A stretch of 64,000 nucleotides of DNA from Obrimoposthia wandeli (GCA_977020255.1 CDROCS010004593.1:62001-126000), one strand, 5' to 3'. Counted from the first letter of the stretch, positions 26,901 through 38,883 are shown. The notes: a model not told the origin generated them from the sequence alone. Numbers and translations are program-made.

Positions 26901-28828
26901 TTATGACATGAAATTTAAGTTATTTAAAAAAAATTTTACCATAATTCTTTAGATGCCTAAGCCTGGGAAAAACTTTGTACTAAATTTTCACATAGAATAG
27001 TGTGTGTATTATTACGTAATACATTCCTTAACTGATAAGAGTGAACTTTCACATACCGTAATTGATTGATAAATGTGTTGGTACTTTAATATTTAAAAAC
27101 TTGTTAAATTAAAATTTGTTTAACTTTATTAATATCTAACAAATTAAATTGGCGCAAATTTAAATTATTATTATTTTCAAGAAAAATAAAATTACAAGTA
27201 ATTTTTCCGCAAAGAATTGTTTAATTACATTAATAAAATGGATAAAAATTTGCATAAATTTAAATATTTATCAAATTATAATAATAATAATACTATTAGT
27301 AAAGTAATTTGAGTTTATTAACTTTTTCCTTAATATTTATTTTAAATAATGTTACTTTAATATCTTAAAAACTTGTTAAATTAAAAATTTGTTTATCTTT
27401 ACCAAAATCTAACAAAATAATTTGGCACAAATTTAAATTTAAAAATATTTTTATTTTAGAAAATTACAAGTATTTTTATTTATTTATTTATTTATTTATT
27501 TTTATTTATTTTTTTTTTTTTTCACAAGGACCTCTTAAAGTATGCATGACCTTAAGGGTATCTTTGAAGTCAATTTTCATATGCAAATACAACCATGTAA
27601 TAAAATTATCATGTTTGTTCCAAATCTGACCCTTAACTTGTGAACGACCATAAAAAATTTTACATGATTAAACTCGTAATATGTTGACGAATACAACCAT
27701 GTACTTGAAACTATGAAATTCCAACTTTTCTTTAACCCTTCATCTATGGACGACCATACATATATGGATGAATTCGTCTTCTAAAGATGATTCCAACCAT
27801 GTATTCAAACTTTGACATTTAAAACTTGATTTGGTCTATATCCCGAACCCTTCATATATGACCGACCATACTTTATGACTGAATTTGTCTTCTAAAGATG
27901 ATTCCAACCATGTACTAAAAACCTTGATATTTTAAACTTGACTTTGTTTTTTTTTTTAGCCCGACCCTTTCACCTATGGACGACCACAACCCTTTAGATG
28001 TGATGGCCAACCATAGTTGACCTTAATTATACCTTCAAAGTTTCAAGTCAAAACTGACCTTGACCCTTTGATTTATGGACGTCCATGACCCTTTAGATGT
28101 GATGGCCAACCATAGTTGACCTTAATTATACCTTCAAAGTTTCAAGTCAAAACTGACCTTGACTCTTTGATTTATGGACGTCCATGACCCTTTAGATGTG
28201 ACGGCCAACCATAGTTGACCTTAATTATACCTTCAAAGTTTCAAGTCAAAACTGACCTTGACCCTTTGAATTATGGACGTCCATGACCCTTTAGATGTGA
28301 TGGCCAACCATAGTTGACCTTAATTATACCTTCAAAGTTTCAAGTCAAAACTGAGTCCGACCCTTTGACCTATGGACGACCACAACCCCTTGGATATGTT
28401 GGCCGACCATAGACGGTCACGACCATACCTTCAAACCTTCAAGTCAAAACTGACCCCGACCCTTTGATCAATGGACGACCACAACCCCTTGGGTATGTTG
28501 GCCGACCATAGACGGTCACGACCATACCTTCAAACCTTCAAGTCAAAACTGACCCCGACCCTTTGACCTATGGACGACCACAACCCCTTGGGTATGTTGG
28601 CCGACCATAGACCGTCACGACCATACCTTCAAACCTTCATAACCTTTCTGAGCCAGACCCTTATGGTGTGGCAAGACACCCCTATGGTGAGGCAACATAT
28701 ACCCTTATGGTGTGACACGCTATGGTGTGACATTTCTATGGTGTGACACCCTTATGGTGTGACACCCTTTAACTTGGTGTGCGCACACAAGGGGGGGGGA
28801 CCCCCCCCCCAGTGGTCTAGACTCTACT
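23966..28828 (-). repeat. Right inverted arm (~4.86 kb)
   Basis: Mirror of the left arm with one extra 99-bp unit, a 12-bp deletion 4 nt from the terminus (GGTACTTTGATG absent) and homopolymer length differences. Confidence 0.95.
27950..28640. repeat. Mirror 99-bp tandem array, 7 units (4 type B + 3 type A)
   Basis: ccttcaaagtttca near 28032, 28131, 28230, 28329; ccttcaaaccttca near 28428, 28527, 28626. Confidence 0.9.
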
Positions 28829-30749
28829 TTGGACCAGGTTTCTTTTACATAATTTTTATTTGATACTGAAAAATATTCCTTACTGCATAATTAGACCAAC
28901 CAGATAATATGTAAATCCAATTTTTTTTTTAAATTAGATCTTTGAATGCATACTATATTACTTTGTATTACCTATTATAATTGTAAAATCTTAATAATTA
29001 AATTTACTTGTAATAAAATATAAAGGGTATGGTAAAACTTTTGGCCATTAAAATTTTGAAATATTTACAAAATATATATAATTTAAACAAAATAAATTTT
29101 ATTTATTAAGTAAAATGTTAAATACTTTAACTATTGCAATAATATTTTGTAAAATATTATAATAAAAAAACTACTTTTAATATTATTTGAATGAGTGATT
29201 AAAAATTTTGCCTCGAAGGATAGTTTATATTTATCCTTTATCTTCCATATTCGTTTCATGCTTCCATCATGTTTTGTCTAGTACCCTTGAATCATGATGA
29301 AGATGTTCCATTTTTCAGTTTTCACGTCATTGCCAACTTTCAAATAATCCACAAAAATACTTTCATCAGATCGAATCAATATTGAATTATTATGAATCCT
29401 ATATCCAATGTATATATGATGAAAGATATCATTCAGTTGTTTGATATCTTGTTCATGTATATCTTTGATGATGTAATCAAACTTGATTTTATTCAATTTT
29501 ACATTATTAGTAAAGAGATATGTGATAGGACTCTTGAATAAATACATATCCCATGTGAAATATTGATAACGAGATTGAAATTGAGGCTTCTTTATTTTAT
29601 TGATATGCCTTTCATTGATATCAGAGATATCTTCAATTAGAAGTTAAAGAAAATTCTTAGACTCATTCTTGCTTTTTTCTTTAATGAAATTGTGTTAGCA
29701 AATGATTTGATCTTCTTCATCTTCCTCTGGTGTATTCCTTGGCGTCAACTTCTCGATTTTTTTTGTCAGCATTGTTAGCAGTAATAATAACTGGAATGAA
29801 TAGTTAGTTGTTTTTACTCTACCCAACCTCACCTGATTGGTTAATGATTTAGATTGGTTGTTTACTTTAGTTGTATTTTGGACCAAATTTAATTTTAAAT
29901 CCCATATCACGAAAAGATGTCAAATTATTTAAAAATACTTATTGAACATAATAAAAATTAATTAAATTAAAAAACTGAGTATCAAATTGAAAATAACATT
30001 TTAAATATATTTGTTTAAATTTTTTTTTCTCATTTGTGGCTCATATATATGGCTCATTAATGAAGGTCTTGAATTTATCTAAAATTTTTTAAAATCTCTA
30101 TATTTATTTTTATCAATAAAAATATTGATTATAATAAAACAGCTACGCATAGAAACGGGAAAATTATTACACGAATCATTGGTTTAAAGGGAATAATAGA
30201 TTAAACTATATAATTAATTTTATAATCAAATGTTCAGTATATATTCAAAACAACGAAAGAAAGGCTTTAAATATTTTACAGGATTACGATAATACAATGA
30301 AATCAATAAAATAATAAAAGTCCATGAAGTTTATGGACAAATAAAATAAAATTGTATTTTAAAAAATTTAATGCATAAGAATCATATCAAAGATGAAGAG
30401 TGCTATAGAAGACAAATCAAAAGTGATAAAGGTTTTGTTTCAAATAAATTAGATAAAATAATAAAAACCTTTTAAAATTCTAAGAAAATCAAGTCTAAAT
30501 AACCACATGTATGGTGTTTATAAAGATACATCCAATAATAAATCATTATGTGTGTATGATGGGAGTTTTAGTTGTCAAAACCTAAAATCTTCTACAACAA
30601 CTTCACATTTCCAGAATATATTTGGCTTCTCCTCAAATCATACAAAGAATAACAAAATAATTAGAAGCCATCATAATCAGGAATTTTAAAAACTAAAAGA
30701 CGTTTAAGAGAAAGTTATATTACAAAATTGAAGATATTTTTATCAATTA

Positions 30750-31200
30750 AAATGTTAAGTTTTCACTTCATCGGAAAAAAAGAAAATAATATATTAAGGT
30801 AAAGCTGAAGAAATATTAGTGGTATGTGTACAATGTGACGAAATAAGCATAGGAATATCAATAGATGTTCATTTTCTTGAAGAAGGAAAAGCCAACACTA
30901 TTTCAAAATCTATCATGGAAACAATAATCACGCTTAATATCTCAAACTATATTAAAATGATAATATATGATACTTGCAATATTAACACAGATATTAAAAA
31001 TGAGCTATGCAAACGAATAAGCAAAATACTTATTTTGGATAGATTATTAAAATTATATATGAATCTAAAATTAGAAGGAACTTCTACATCACCATATATT
31101 AACTAAGATTTTACTAGTGAATTAACGTCGGATTATGAGAAACTGATTAAAAATTATAACAGTATTGATAATATATCTTAAAACTGACACGAATGGATAT
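30750..31200 (+). pseudogene. Degenerate hAT-like transposase fragment
   Basis: HFLEEGKANTISKSIMETI...MIIYDTCNINTDIKNE...LEGTSTSPYIN resembles the DTxNxNTG catalytic-region pattern of invertebrate hAT-like transposases; many stops around it. Confidence 0.45.
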
Positions 31201-31485
31201 AGGATAATTATAAGGAACTTGGAGCTTTGAGTATTTATTACACTTATAAGAGAAAATACATGAAACGTATAATGTAATTTCTGAAGATAAGAAGTAGTTA
31301 TGAAGCAAAATGGAATTTAAAAGCGATTTTAGCTTTAAAGCCGTCTTTACTTGGACTCTGTATGAATTATTGCATTAATTATATTATAAATATATTTTTA
31401 ATTTTTTAATACAAGGGTCAATAATAAATTATTTGAATAAGAGGCTCTCATTAGACAATAAAAGAGGGTTAGTAAGATGTTTGTG

Positions 31486-31493
31486 TATATAAA
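31486..31493 (+). promoter_or_regulatory. Candidate TATA box
   Basis: TATATAAA 35 nt upstream of ATG 31528, where AT-rich flank switches to GC-richer coding sequence. Confidence 0.5.
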
Positions 31494-31527
31494 GACACCT
31501 CCGTTCATTATTTTTCATAAATCAACA

Positions 31528-33345
31528 ATGCCATTCTACAACAACGTTGACCTAGACGAAGAGACGGAGGTTCAACTCTATGGGGATCTCTCTCCAGTGC
31601 AGCAGCAAACGCCACCACTGTCATAATACATTGACTTAGATAGTCAAGAGTCATCGGTGGTGAGCGAAGGAGAAGCAGCAGCAAGAGCGAACCTGTTACA
31701 AGAAGAAGCCTCATTGGCCAGCTCAACTCCAAGAGAAGAACCAATGGACGTGAGAGGTGGGGTACAGAGATCCCAATATATCGATCTGACTAGTCAGGAT
31801 TCGATAGAGAATTGGGAAGACTGTACTCCCAGACAAAACACAAAACCCAATCGTCCGGCAACTTCATTAGTAGCAGCAGGGAGATCCAATCTCTTCGACA
31901 ATTTTGAGGCGGCAATCAAATGCCCCTGGAAATTGATCCCGCTGTCTCAGCCGGAGAAAGTCCTCGCACCAGACTCAGACGAGGAGCTGTTCACCGATGA
32001 TGTACCTTCGGATTGGGAGGAGGACTTGACTCCATTCATCGACGAATGGATACAGCCAAGTATCGGAGCCCCAGGAGCCAACGAGTCAATGGTAGCAGAA
32101 TAGGACGAGGACGAGTGGCACCTGTTCACCGACGATTGGGATGGTCTCACTCCCTCTGCTACTCCGAAAGCAGATAATACAATGCCTGAACCATTCAAAG
32201 GGTCGAAATCTCCTGTTAGGAGAATAAAAGCAACGAATGAGGTTAGACATCATTTATTTTAAATGTTTTTTAATTTCATTTTCAGAAACTTCAACTGGAT
32301 TTGGCACCGTCAGTGACCATGACGGAGAGGCTAATTGAACCGCAATACTTAGCGAGTCAATGCAGCCAGGAGCTGCCAAGGAGTCAGCTCCGATACCTAG
32401 CGTCTCCAGATAATTTTAAGGTAAATTATTTAGATATTAAATTTAATAATTCATATAGATGGAGAACATTCGCGAAGAGGCAACGTCTATTCAACCGGTG
32501 GATAGGAAGAAAGCAGCAGTTAAGAAACCGAAACGCCATCGGGTCAAAACCCTCACGCGGAAGAAGACCAAGTTGGTGAAACAGGCTAACCTGCCCATCA
32601 TTGAGGTAAATTATTTATATGTTTAAATTTTATTAATATTTTGCAGGAACCCGTCCAGATATTTGAGGAGACTTGGGGAGAAGTTACTCCTTTCTCGCGG
32701 AAACGGACGAAGAGGGCAGAGGTGAAGAAGACAAGACGCTCGAGAAAATGTAAAACCTCAATTGGTCATTATTCTGAGACGGTGATTGGTCAGCAGGAGA
32801 TTCTCCAATCTCCAGTGGACGACGGACCAATCCTATATGAGAGGATCCCAGTCTCGCCGATCGAGATAAGTCCGTCCTCAAGTCAACGACGCCTGCAGGA
32901 GACTGCTTCTTCTCGTCCAACAACCAGCCAGAACTTGAAGAGGGCCTGGGATGACGCTGGTTTGGATGAATTCCTGGCGGAACTGGATTCACCGGCAATG
33001 CTTCCAGATTCGCGTTGGCAACAGGATGCCGTCTCACGCCAGCTTCAGCTTGAGAAGGAGGAGAAACAGAAGAAAGCTCCGCGGAAGAGGAAGAGGACTT
33101 CTACGTCGGGACCATCAACATCGGCTGCACCTCCTCCCAAAACGTTGCGGCAACTATTTCCAAAACCTGAGGGAAGGACAATTGCTACAAAGCAACCGGT
33201 GAAGCCGAAAAAGAAACCGGGCCGACCAAAGAAGAAGGAACCAGTACCGCTTTCTCCTATAATACTTAGTCGGAGGGATTACGACCCGAATGATCCCAAT
33301 GATGACTTCGTAAAGATGTTTAAAAATATAATTTATAAACATTAG
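31528..33345 (+). pseudogene. Four-exon gene for a ~565-aa disordered protein with SIM-like, acidic-aromatic and AT-hook-like motifs; two in-frame stops
   Basis: Exons 31528-32241, 32286-32420, 32459-32605, 32647-33345 join in frame through three phase-0 GT-AG AT-rich introns (44, 38, 41 nt). Stops at 31624 and 32101. Confidence 0.75.
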
Positions 33346-33539
33346 TTTCATATGTTTTCTTCTTAATATTTATTTTTTTAAATGTAGAAATACTATCTTT
33401 AAGTTTATTTGCAATGATAAGTTATAGATTTATTAAACACTCATTTGATAAATAAAAATATATCATTTAATTGGATTAAAAAATATCTTTAATTTATATA
33501 TATAGGTTTAAATTTATTAACCTTTTCATAATTAAAAAA

Positions 33540-33860
33540 ATGGAATTCATTAAAATGAAGAGTCTGGTGACGAAGATTGAAGCAAACATCAGAATAAATG
33601 AGAAGAAAGGGGACTTAAAAAAGAGGGTCCTCAATCAAAATTTGTATACTGCTGTCGCGACAGAGTGGAATCATCGGGTGGAGATACAGGATAGGAGGCT
33701 AGCAGAACGCCGTCGATTCGTGGAGTGGAATAAGAATATCGAATTGGAAAAAAGGAAGGTGGATGAAAAAAGAAGAGAAGAGATGGAGGATGTTCGGCGA
33801 GCAGCAAGAAAGAGAATCCTCCAGATTAAACCGGAAGAGGGTCCTTCTACAAAAAAATAA
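33540..33860 (+). CDS. 106-aa charged, coiled-coil-like hypothetical protein
   Basis: Intact ATG-to-stop ORF with coding-like composition in AT-rich flanks; E/K/R-rich C-terminal half. Confidence 0.65.
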   Translation: MEFIKMKSLVTKIEANIRINEKKGDLKKRVLNQNLYTAVATEWNHRVEIQDRRLAERRRFVEWNKNIELEKRKVDEKRREEMEDVRRAARKRILQIKPEEGPSTKK

Positions 33861-33982
33861 ATTTTTGATTATTATTTTGTCTTTTTTGATTATGTTACAT
33901 AGGAGAATTGACAAAATATTCCAATCTTAACATGAAAGTACTTCGTTATAAACAACGGGATTTGCTACAAATTTAGATAATT

Positions 33983-34183
33983 ATGCAGGAATATATCATA
34001 GATTTTGAGGCTTTCATTAACAAAAATGGGGATTATATTATAAAATAATTATGTATTATGGATGTATGCGACTTTTTTCATCCTTTGCATTTCATATTTC
34101 AAATAGATATCCCATTTAAAAGTTTAGATTATAAGAAAAAATTTACTAATTTATATCTAACTAAATATTTCTCAATTTTTTAA
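33983..34183 (+). pseudogene. DnaQ/DEDD-like exonuclease-fold ORF remnant
   Basis: MQEYIIDFEAFINKNGDYIIK*LCIMDV..HPLHFIF: ExoI-like IDFE motif followed by IKEL-like strand (stop at 34046 where E is expected). Downstream part frameshifted. Confidence 0.5.
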
Positions 34184-34366
34184 TCCAATAGGAAAAGAGC
34201 ATGTGTGCATAAATTTTAGTATATAAGCAAACACTTTCTTCATTTAAATCCCCGACAATTTGAAATAATGCCTATGGTAAGAATGTATTTTTATTATTTC
34301 CTTATTAATATTTATTATTTCAGATTACTTGTAACCTATTCCCTGCGTATTGTGGTGCTTCGTACA

Positions 34367-35621
34367 ATGTCTGCATACTACCGGACAAAGTCTCGCGGGC
34401 TTCACTTCTTTGTCTGCCCCTTCGGCAGAACAATGGAGGAGAAGGAGTTTCGAGACTTCTTCAGTGAACATCGAGCTCATCTATCGTGTTTCACGGCCAA
34501 CAAGAAGAGGGATATCATGCAATTGGTGCGCGATTCACAGGTCGCTCCACATCCAATTCCAGTTGCAGTCGATCAACCCTTTTACGGTCCTGCGATTGGT
34601 CTCCCGGCTCCTGATTCTGACCCATCCACTCAAATGTCTAACAATGAGTGGATGAATGACATATCCCAGTCAGATTTTGAGATAGAGCAGTGGAGCGATA
34701 ACTCGTGGTTGGAGACCATTGAGGAATCCGATTTCATCGAGATGTCGGACGACAGCTGGATGGATTTCGTCAATGAAGAGGACTTCATTCCAGCTCAACT
34801 TGGATTGCCTTCATTAGGTATTTTTTATTATTATTTTTAAATCATATATTTTATTTTTTAATATATATATTTTATTTATATTTTTTATTCAGGAAATACC
34901 GTTCTACAATCGTCATCTGCTACAACAGATATGCCTCCACCATCGCGAGTGCCTACATTGATGTTAGCACGCCTTAGAGGTAATAACTTTTAAAAATATA
35001 TTTATTTTTTAATATATTTCAGCAGCACTAACCTCTACAACAACCGCTTCTTCATCGGCAAGGTCAGCGGTCCCTTCAACATCAGCTACAGTTGCCTCAA
35101 CATCGGCAGCATCAACAATAGCAGCAGCTTCCACATCAGCTTCAATTGTCTCAACATCGACAGCATGTCCAATAGCAGCACCTTCAACCTCAGCTGCAAT
35201 TGTCTCAACTATTAATATAAATAGTTGTCTTCCCATTCAATTAGGGGGAGGTTTGTCAGCGACAAACGGAAGAAAGAGGCGAGGCCAATTTTTTAATAAG
35301 GTCCCACCCAAAAAACGTAGAGAAAACGGTGCTACTATAGAGTATCACCTAAATAATAAATATGTTATAGTTAAGGTGCCATTAGGAAATGAAATTTTAT
35401 TAAACGTAGGTGTAGATTCAAATATTGAAAATCTTTTAAAATCAGAGGTGACTAAATTAGGACAGGCTAAGGTTCAATTTTGCGCAACAGTGCAGTTTAA
35501 AAATGTCAATGAGGAAACTAAAACTGGGGTAATTTCACATAAAGCAACTGTTTTTTATGATAATTTTGTAACTGAAATTGGAAGAAACCTTGATGAAAAA
35601 TTGCTAATTATAGCGAGTTAA
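34367..35621 (+). CDS. Spliced N-terminal extension of the pPolB reading frame (acidic Trp repeats, Ser/Thr/Ala linker, QLGGG, basic motif)
   Basis: Exons 34367-34817, 34893-34979, 35023-35621 join in frame through phase-1 GT-AG introns of 75 and 43 nt and run without a stop into track ORF 35253. Confidence 0.7.
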
Positions 35622-38610
35622 GTAGTGGATGGACTCTAGTTAGAATTCACGATGTTAGCTTTGTTCTAACAAAGTTCACTGACATGATATATCTTTCGGG
35701 GAGTTCATACATTCCTTCGCCTAGATCTCTTCAACTTTCACGTTCCATTGTTAACGTACAAAACAGTGATAACCTTTGCTTTCTGTATAGCGTGTTGGCC
35801 ATCCTCAAAGGGATGTAATTACTGAGCATAGAGAGCGTGTCAGTAAATATACCCTTTTTTAAATGAATTGCAGTATCATGGAATAGATTTTCCTGTTAAA
35901 TTAACTGCGATATCAAGATTTGAACATCTTAATAACTTGAGTATTAATGTATTCAAATATAATACTGATATCCCAGTTAATGTAACAGATGAAGAAATTT
36001 TTAAAAATCCTTTTGTAGATGTAATTTATAGGAGCAAAAATGAGGGGACTCAGGTCAACTTAATTTTGCTCGAACATAATAAAAAATTCCATTATGCTGC
36101 AATTCCCAATTTAGATCGTCTTCTAAATTTAGATAATGGAGCCTTACCGGTTAGGATAAGGTGTAAGTGGTGTCATAGATGTTTGCATGGGTTCCGATCC
36201 GAGCTCTCTTACAGCAAACATCTGACATTATGTTCACTGAATCCTGATGACAATACACTATATAGCATGCCTAAGGATAAGGATTTAAAATTCAGGGATT
36301 GAGCAAAATGCATACCCATGGAATTCAGGGTGTATGCAGATTTTGAGTCAATTTTAGCATTGCACGACCAGTATGAGAGTATTCACCTACCGGCTTCGGC
36401 AGGACTACTATTCTTAGGCCCCAATATTACCCAGTATCATAAATTTTCCGGTCCAAATTGTATTTTAGATTTTATGTTAAAATTAGAGGAATTAGGAACA
36501 ACAATTGTCAAACCGTGGTATCATCTCAATGCTCATCAAGCAATGATCATGCAGGCATAGACTGGGTTAATTTTAATTCTTGTAGATTATGTTATTTGTG
36601 TGGAACCCAGTCTAAGTTAGTCAGAGATCACGATCATGTTACGGGCCGATACTTGGGAGCGGCGTGCAACCTTTGTAACCTTGGCCGTCGTCTCCCTAAA
36701 AAACCACGCATTCCCATCGTGTTTCATAACCTCAAAGGATATGATTTGCATCATATACTTAAATACGCGTTGGGTACATTAAGCTCTTGGGAAATTTCAT
36801 GTATACCTCAAACTTCAGAGAAATATTTATCTTTAACTGCATATACTGAATTCTGCAGTTTAAGATTCATAGATTCTCTGCAGTTTTTGAGCGGGTCTTT
36901 AAAAAATTTAACGGCATCTTTAAATGCATGGCCAATTACACAGTCAGTGTTCCCAGCTTCGGTTAACGATAAGGGGATTTTTCCGTATAAATTTGCGAAA
37001 ACTTTCGCAGATTTAGAAAATACAACTGAAATCCCACCCATAACTGAATTTGAGGGTGTAAGTCTTCAAGACTATAATGAGACCCGTACATTTTGGGTGA
37101 ATAATTGTCAAAATCTTCTCGAATATATGCTTTATTATATGAAGTTAGACATTTATCTTTTAACTGATGTGTTTGAGTCCTTTAGTGTAAAGTCTTTAGC
37201 AGAAGATGGGCTAGATCCCATGCATTTCTTTAGTTTACCTGGTCTTTCATGGGCAACAGCAATAAAAACTCTTAAAATTAATATCGAGTTACTGCAAGAT
37301 CCCGCGATGTATCAAATGTATGATTATGGTATACGCGGTGGAATGACTTTTGTCAACAAACATCATGTTGTCAAAAATCAATCCACGGAGATTCTGTACA
37401 TCGATATTAATAATTTGTATGGGTGGGCGCTTACTCAACCTCTACCTCATGCCAACTTTAAGTCGGTTTATGATGTGGATCAGTTGAATAAGTTGATGAC
37501 AGATTTGGCTACTGTTGATACAGTTTCATCCGACGTCGGCTATTTGGTTGAGGTGGACATAAAAATCCCTCCCAATGTGCATGATAAATTAGATGATCTT
37601 CCAGTAGCGCCTGTTCATCAATGCCCACCTAATTCAAAGGTTAAGAAATTATTGTTAACCCATGAAGACAAGTTGAATTATGTTGTGCATTGGCGGCTTC
37701 TTCAATTCTACTTAAAGTTGGGAGCAAAAGTTACTCGAATTCATCGTGCTATAAGCTTCAGTCAAAACTTTGTGTTTAAAGACTATATTGAGAAGAATTC
37801 AAGAAAACGTAATTTGGCCACTAGCAAATTCGATCGAGATTTTTACAAGTTAAAAAGTAATAGTCTCTTTGGAAAAACTGTAGAGGACTTGCGGAAACGT
37901 ATTTGTCTACGGTTTAGCAATGATGAGCGTAAACTAATAACATATACTAGAAAGTACAACTTCAAGGGTAGTTTTACAATTGCAGATGACTTGGTAGCAG
38001 TGTTATTAGGAAAACAGAGTATTTGTCTCGATCGACCGAGTTATATAGGTCAAACGGTTTTAGACATTTCTAAACTCAGAATGTATGAGCTTCAATACAT
38101 AGAATTGGAGAAATACCGACAAGAATTTAATTGTGAGATTAAAATCGCAGCTGGGGACACTGACTCTTTCTTTTTAGAATGTAGGAATGTTAGTTTAAAT
38201 AATCAATTATTACCAGCAATGTTTAGGGACAACTTACTAGATACCCATAAATATCCCGCTAACCATCCTCTACACTCTATGAGTTTAAAGGACATTATCG
38301 GGAAATTTAAGGATGAAAGCGAGGGACAGGTTTTTCTATGATGATTGTATTTTCCTACGCCCTAAATGCTACAGTTTACATGCATCTAATAATACATGTT
38401 CAATGAGAGCAAAGGGTGTGTACACATGAGGCCTACCGGAAAGTTTATGATACTGGGTGTATTGAAAGCGTTGAGCAAACTAGATTTATTTCAAGAGCCC
38501 ATCAACTGTATTCCCATAAATCAACCAAAATCGCGTTGAGTAGTAATGACGACAAGCGCTTTTGGGTAGAAAAGAACGCTAGCCTGGCTTATGGACACTT
38601 CAGAATTTAA
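35253..38610 (+). pseudogene. polB: Protein-primed family B DNA polymerase (Polinton pPolB), disrupted
   Basis: N-terminal GSSYIPSP..IVNVQNSDNLCFLYSVLA and GIDFPV; ExoI RVYADFES; ExoII FHNLKGYD; motif A YIDINNLYG; motif B KLKSNSLFGK; motif C GDTDS; C-terminal ALSSNDDKR..LAYGH. At least six stops or frameshifts (~35620, 35810, 36300, 36560, 38340, 38420). Confidence 0.95.
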
Positions 38611-38883
38611 ACGGTTTTTATTTTATTTTAGTTTTTTTAGTTTTTTAAAATTTTAGATCCCTATGGCACCTAGACTCTAACTTATTTGTTATTTCAATAC
38701 TTTTTTAGGATGGACCTTATTTATTATGCCTTATCTTTGCTGACATATCTCATTGTGATGTTGTGATTAATAAATGTATTAAAAAAAATTGTCTTATGTC
38801 TTTTTTTATTTTACCCTTAAATTTTTAGAGATTTAAAAAATAATTCAAAATAAAACATTTGAAATTTTTATTTTTATAACACA

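Larger units (their letters stand above)
16820..28828. mobile_element. 12,009-bp non-autonomous Polinton/Maverick-type foldback element, no coding capacity
   Basis: Ends AGTAG (16820) and CTACT (28828); identical 6-bp flanks TTGGAC at 16814-16819 and 28829-28834; arms 16820-21589 and 23966-28828 are near-perfect reverse complements; no ORF of 60 aa or more lies wholly inside. Confidence 0.9.

Noticed and set aside
16820-28828. Giant palindrome as a pure sequencing or assembly foldback artefact
   Set aside because: A 2.4-kb non-mirrored spacer, a TSD, a 12-bp terminal deletion, different array copy numbers and an independent diverged relative at 47965 argue it is real. Long-read confirmation is still needed.
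16827-28831. Alternative boundaries 16833-28825 with TSD ACTTTG
   Set aside because: ACTTTG does occur at 16827-16832 and 28826-28831, but those ends are asymmetric. Boundaries 16820/28828 give AGTAG...CTACT at both ends, an exact TTGGAC duplication, and match the other two elements.
29278-29910. Two short minus-strand ORFs left of the Polinton
   Set aside because: No recognisable motif; cannot be assigned to the element or host.
34277-34323. GT-AG segment (gtaaga...tttcag) upstream of ATG 34367
   Set aside because: Looks like an intron, but splicing ATGCCTATG to 34324 gives a different, short frame; it may be a 5' UTR intron, so it was not counted.
35009-35236. Minus-strand ORF with ADVEA repeats
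   Set aside because: Antisense shadow of the Ser/Thr/Ala linker exon on the plus strand.
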